NCBI GenBank assembly: GCA_913047795.1
Contig: CAJWTS010000011.1
Location: 5,232-69,231, forward strand
Reading direction: 5' to 3'
DNA: 64,000 bases
DNA from: an uncultured Verrucomicrobiota bacterium
GTDB lineage: Bacteria > Verrucomicrobiota > Kiritimatiellia > CAJWTS01
The stretch's first letter is position 1. Each line of letters starts with the position of its first letter. Positions 63,523 to 64,000 of the stretch are shown here, one piece after another. The notes below the pieces were generated by a model, which saw nothing but the letters and a program-made list of their open reading frames with translations, was not told where the DNA came from and ran no database searches. Made by a program: the position numbers and the translations under genes.

Positions 63523-64000
63523 ATGCCATTTGATATTTCAAAATTACTGATTTCACTCCTTCTGGTTTGTACCTTCATGACGATTGACCTCTGGACGAAG
63601 CGTGAAGTCTGGAAATTGGATAGTTCATCAAGGGCATCGTTAATTTCTGGTGACAAGGTAACGATAACGGCGCCCGTAAGAAATTACGGCGGTCCCGGAA
63701 TTTTTAGTCACGACACTCCCGATCAGAGCTTCCGCTACTGGCATATTTTTGTCGCCTTAACATCATTGGCATGCTTTTGGTGTCTCGTGCTTTCTGACGA
63801 ACGCATCTGGCATTCCGCGATTGGCGCGATATCTGTCGGAGGCATGTGGGGGAACGTTTATGAAATGTTGATTTACGGTAGTGTGACGGATTTTATCCGT
63901 TTGAACGGATCGGGGGTCCTGAACGACTTAACTTTTAATGTTGCCGACGTCTTTATATTTGCAGGTCTTCCACTCTTCTACCTCACTAGCGAAATGCGGC
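63523..64000 (+). CDS. lspA: lipoprotein signal peptidase (signal peptidase II)-like, 3'-partial, on AT-rich DNA
   Basis: Own translation of an open frame absent from the ORF track (no stop before the window end). AGGAAGAG RBS. Conserved LspA blocks GGMWGNVYEMLIYGSVTDF and FNVADVFIFAG. GC and codon usage differ sharply from the rest of the window. Confidence 0.5.
   Translation, partial: MPFDISKLLISLLLVCTFMTIDLWTKREVWKLDSSSRASLISGDKVTITAPVRNYGGPGIFSHDTPDQSFRYWHIFVALTSLACFWCLVLSDERIWHSAIGAISVGGMWGNVYEMLIYGSVTDFIRLNGSGVLNDLTFNVADVFIFAGLPLFYLTSEMR

Overview
This is a 64 kb high-GC (roughly 60-65%, strong GC3 bias) bacterial chromosomal segment, densely coding on both strands. No rRNA, tRNA, CRISPR array, transposase or integrase is evident. 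DUF4159, GldG/DUF4340 and a chlamydial YtgCR-like permease-repressor fusion together hint at a PVC-superphylum (Planctomycetota-like) origin; that is inference only.

Gene content, in order:
- a partial GldG-like ABC auxiliary gene, a DUF4340 protein and an AsmA/TamB-like protein;
- a minus-strand metal-uptake operon (DtxR/MntR regulator, TroA-like substrate-binding protein, ATPase, two permeases) in which both permeases carry C-terminal DtxR-like repressor domains, preceded by a DtxR-box-like palindrome;
- a YfcH-like epimerase, hemH, DUF2752, DUF4870 and a ferredoxin;
- a HEAT-repeat protein and a secreted coiled-coil protein;
- a DUF3311 protein with a sodium:solute symporter;
- a membrane-anchored SGNH hydrolase (one of four paralogs in the window);
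- an atypical kinase-like protein overlapping a PP2C phosphatase;
- a divergent pair of radical SAM enzymes (KamA-family and an orphan AmmeMemoRadiSam-type);
- a CysQ-like nucleotidase;
- an Rrf2 regulator with an inverted-repeat operator followed by sufBCDSU;
- a nickel superoxide dismutase with a Sec-like leader;
- a GltD-like Fe-S flavoprotein;
- a pyruvate dehydrogenase operon (aceE-aceF-lpd) immediately preceded by an N-terminally truncated pyruvate:ferredoxin oxidoreductase (PFOR) TPP-domain ORF;
- an ECF sigma/anti-sigma pair;
- a cell-surface glycan-modification region (HAD hydrolase, three more SGNH hydrolases, a GT-C-like membrane protein, a tandem DUF4159 protein, an isochorismatase, a sulfotransferase on a low-GC islet, and a GT2);
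- a gene set matching the N-methylglutamate pathway of methylamine utilisation (mgsABC-gmaS-mgdABC), whose last gene is cut short at an abrupt switch to AT-rich DNA encoding an LspA-like protein.
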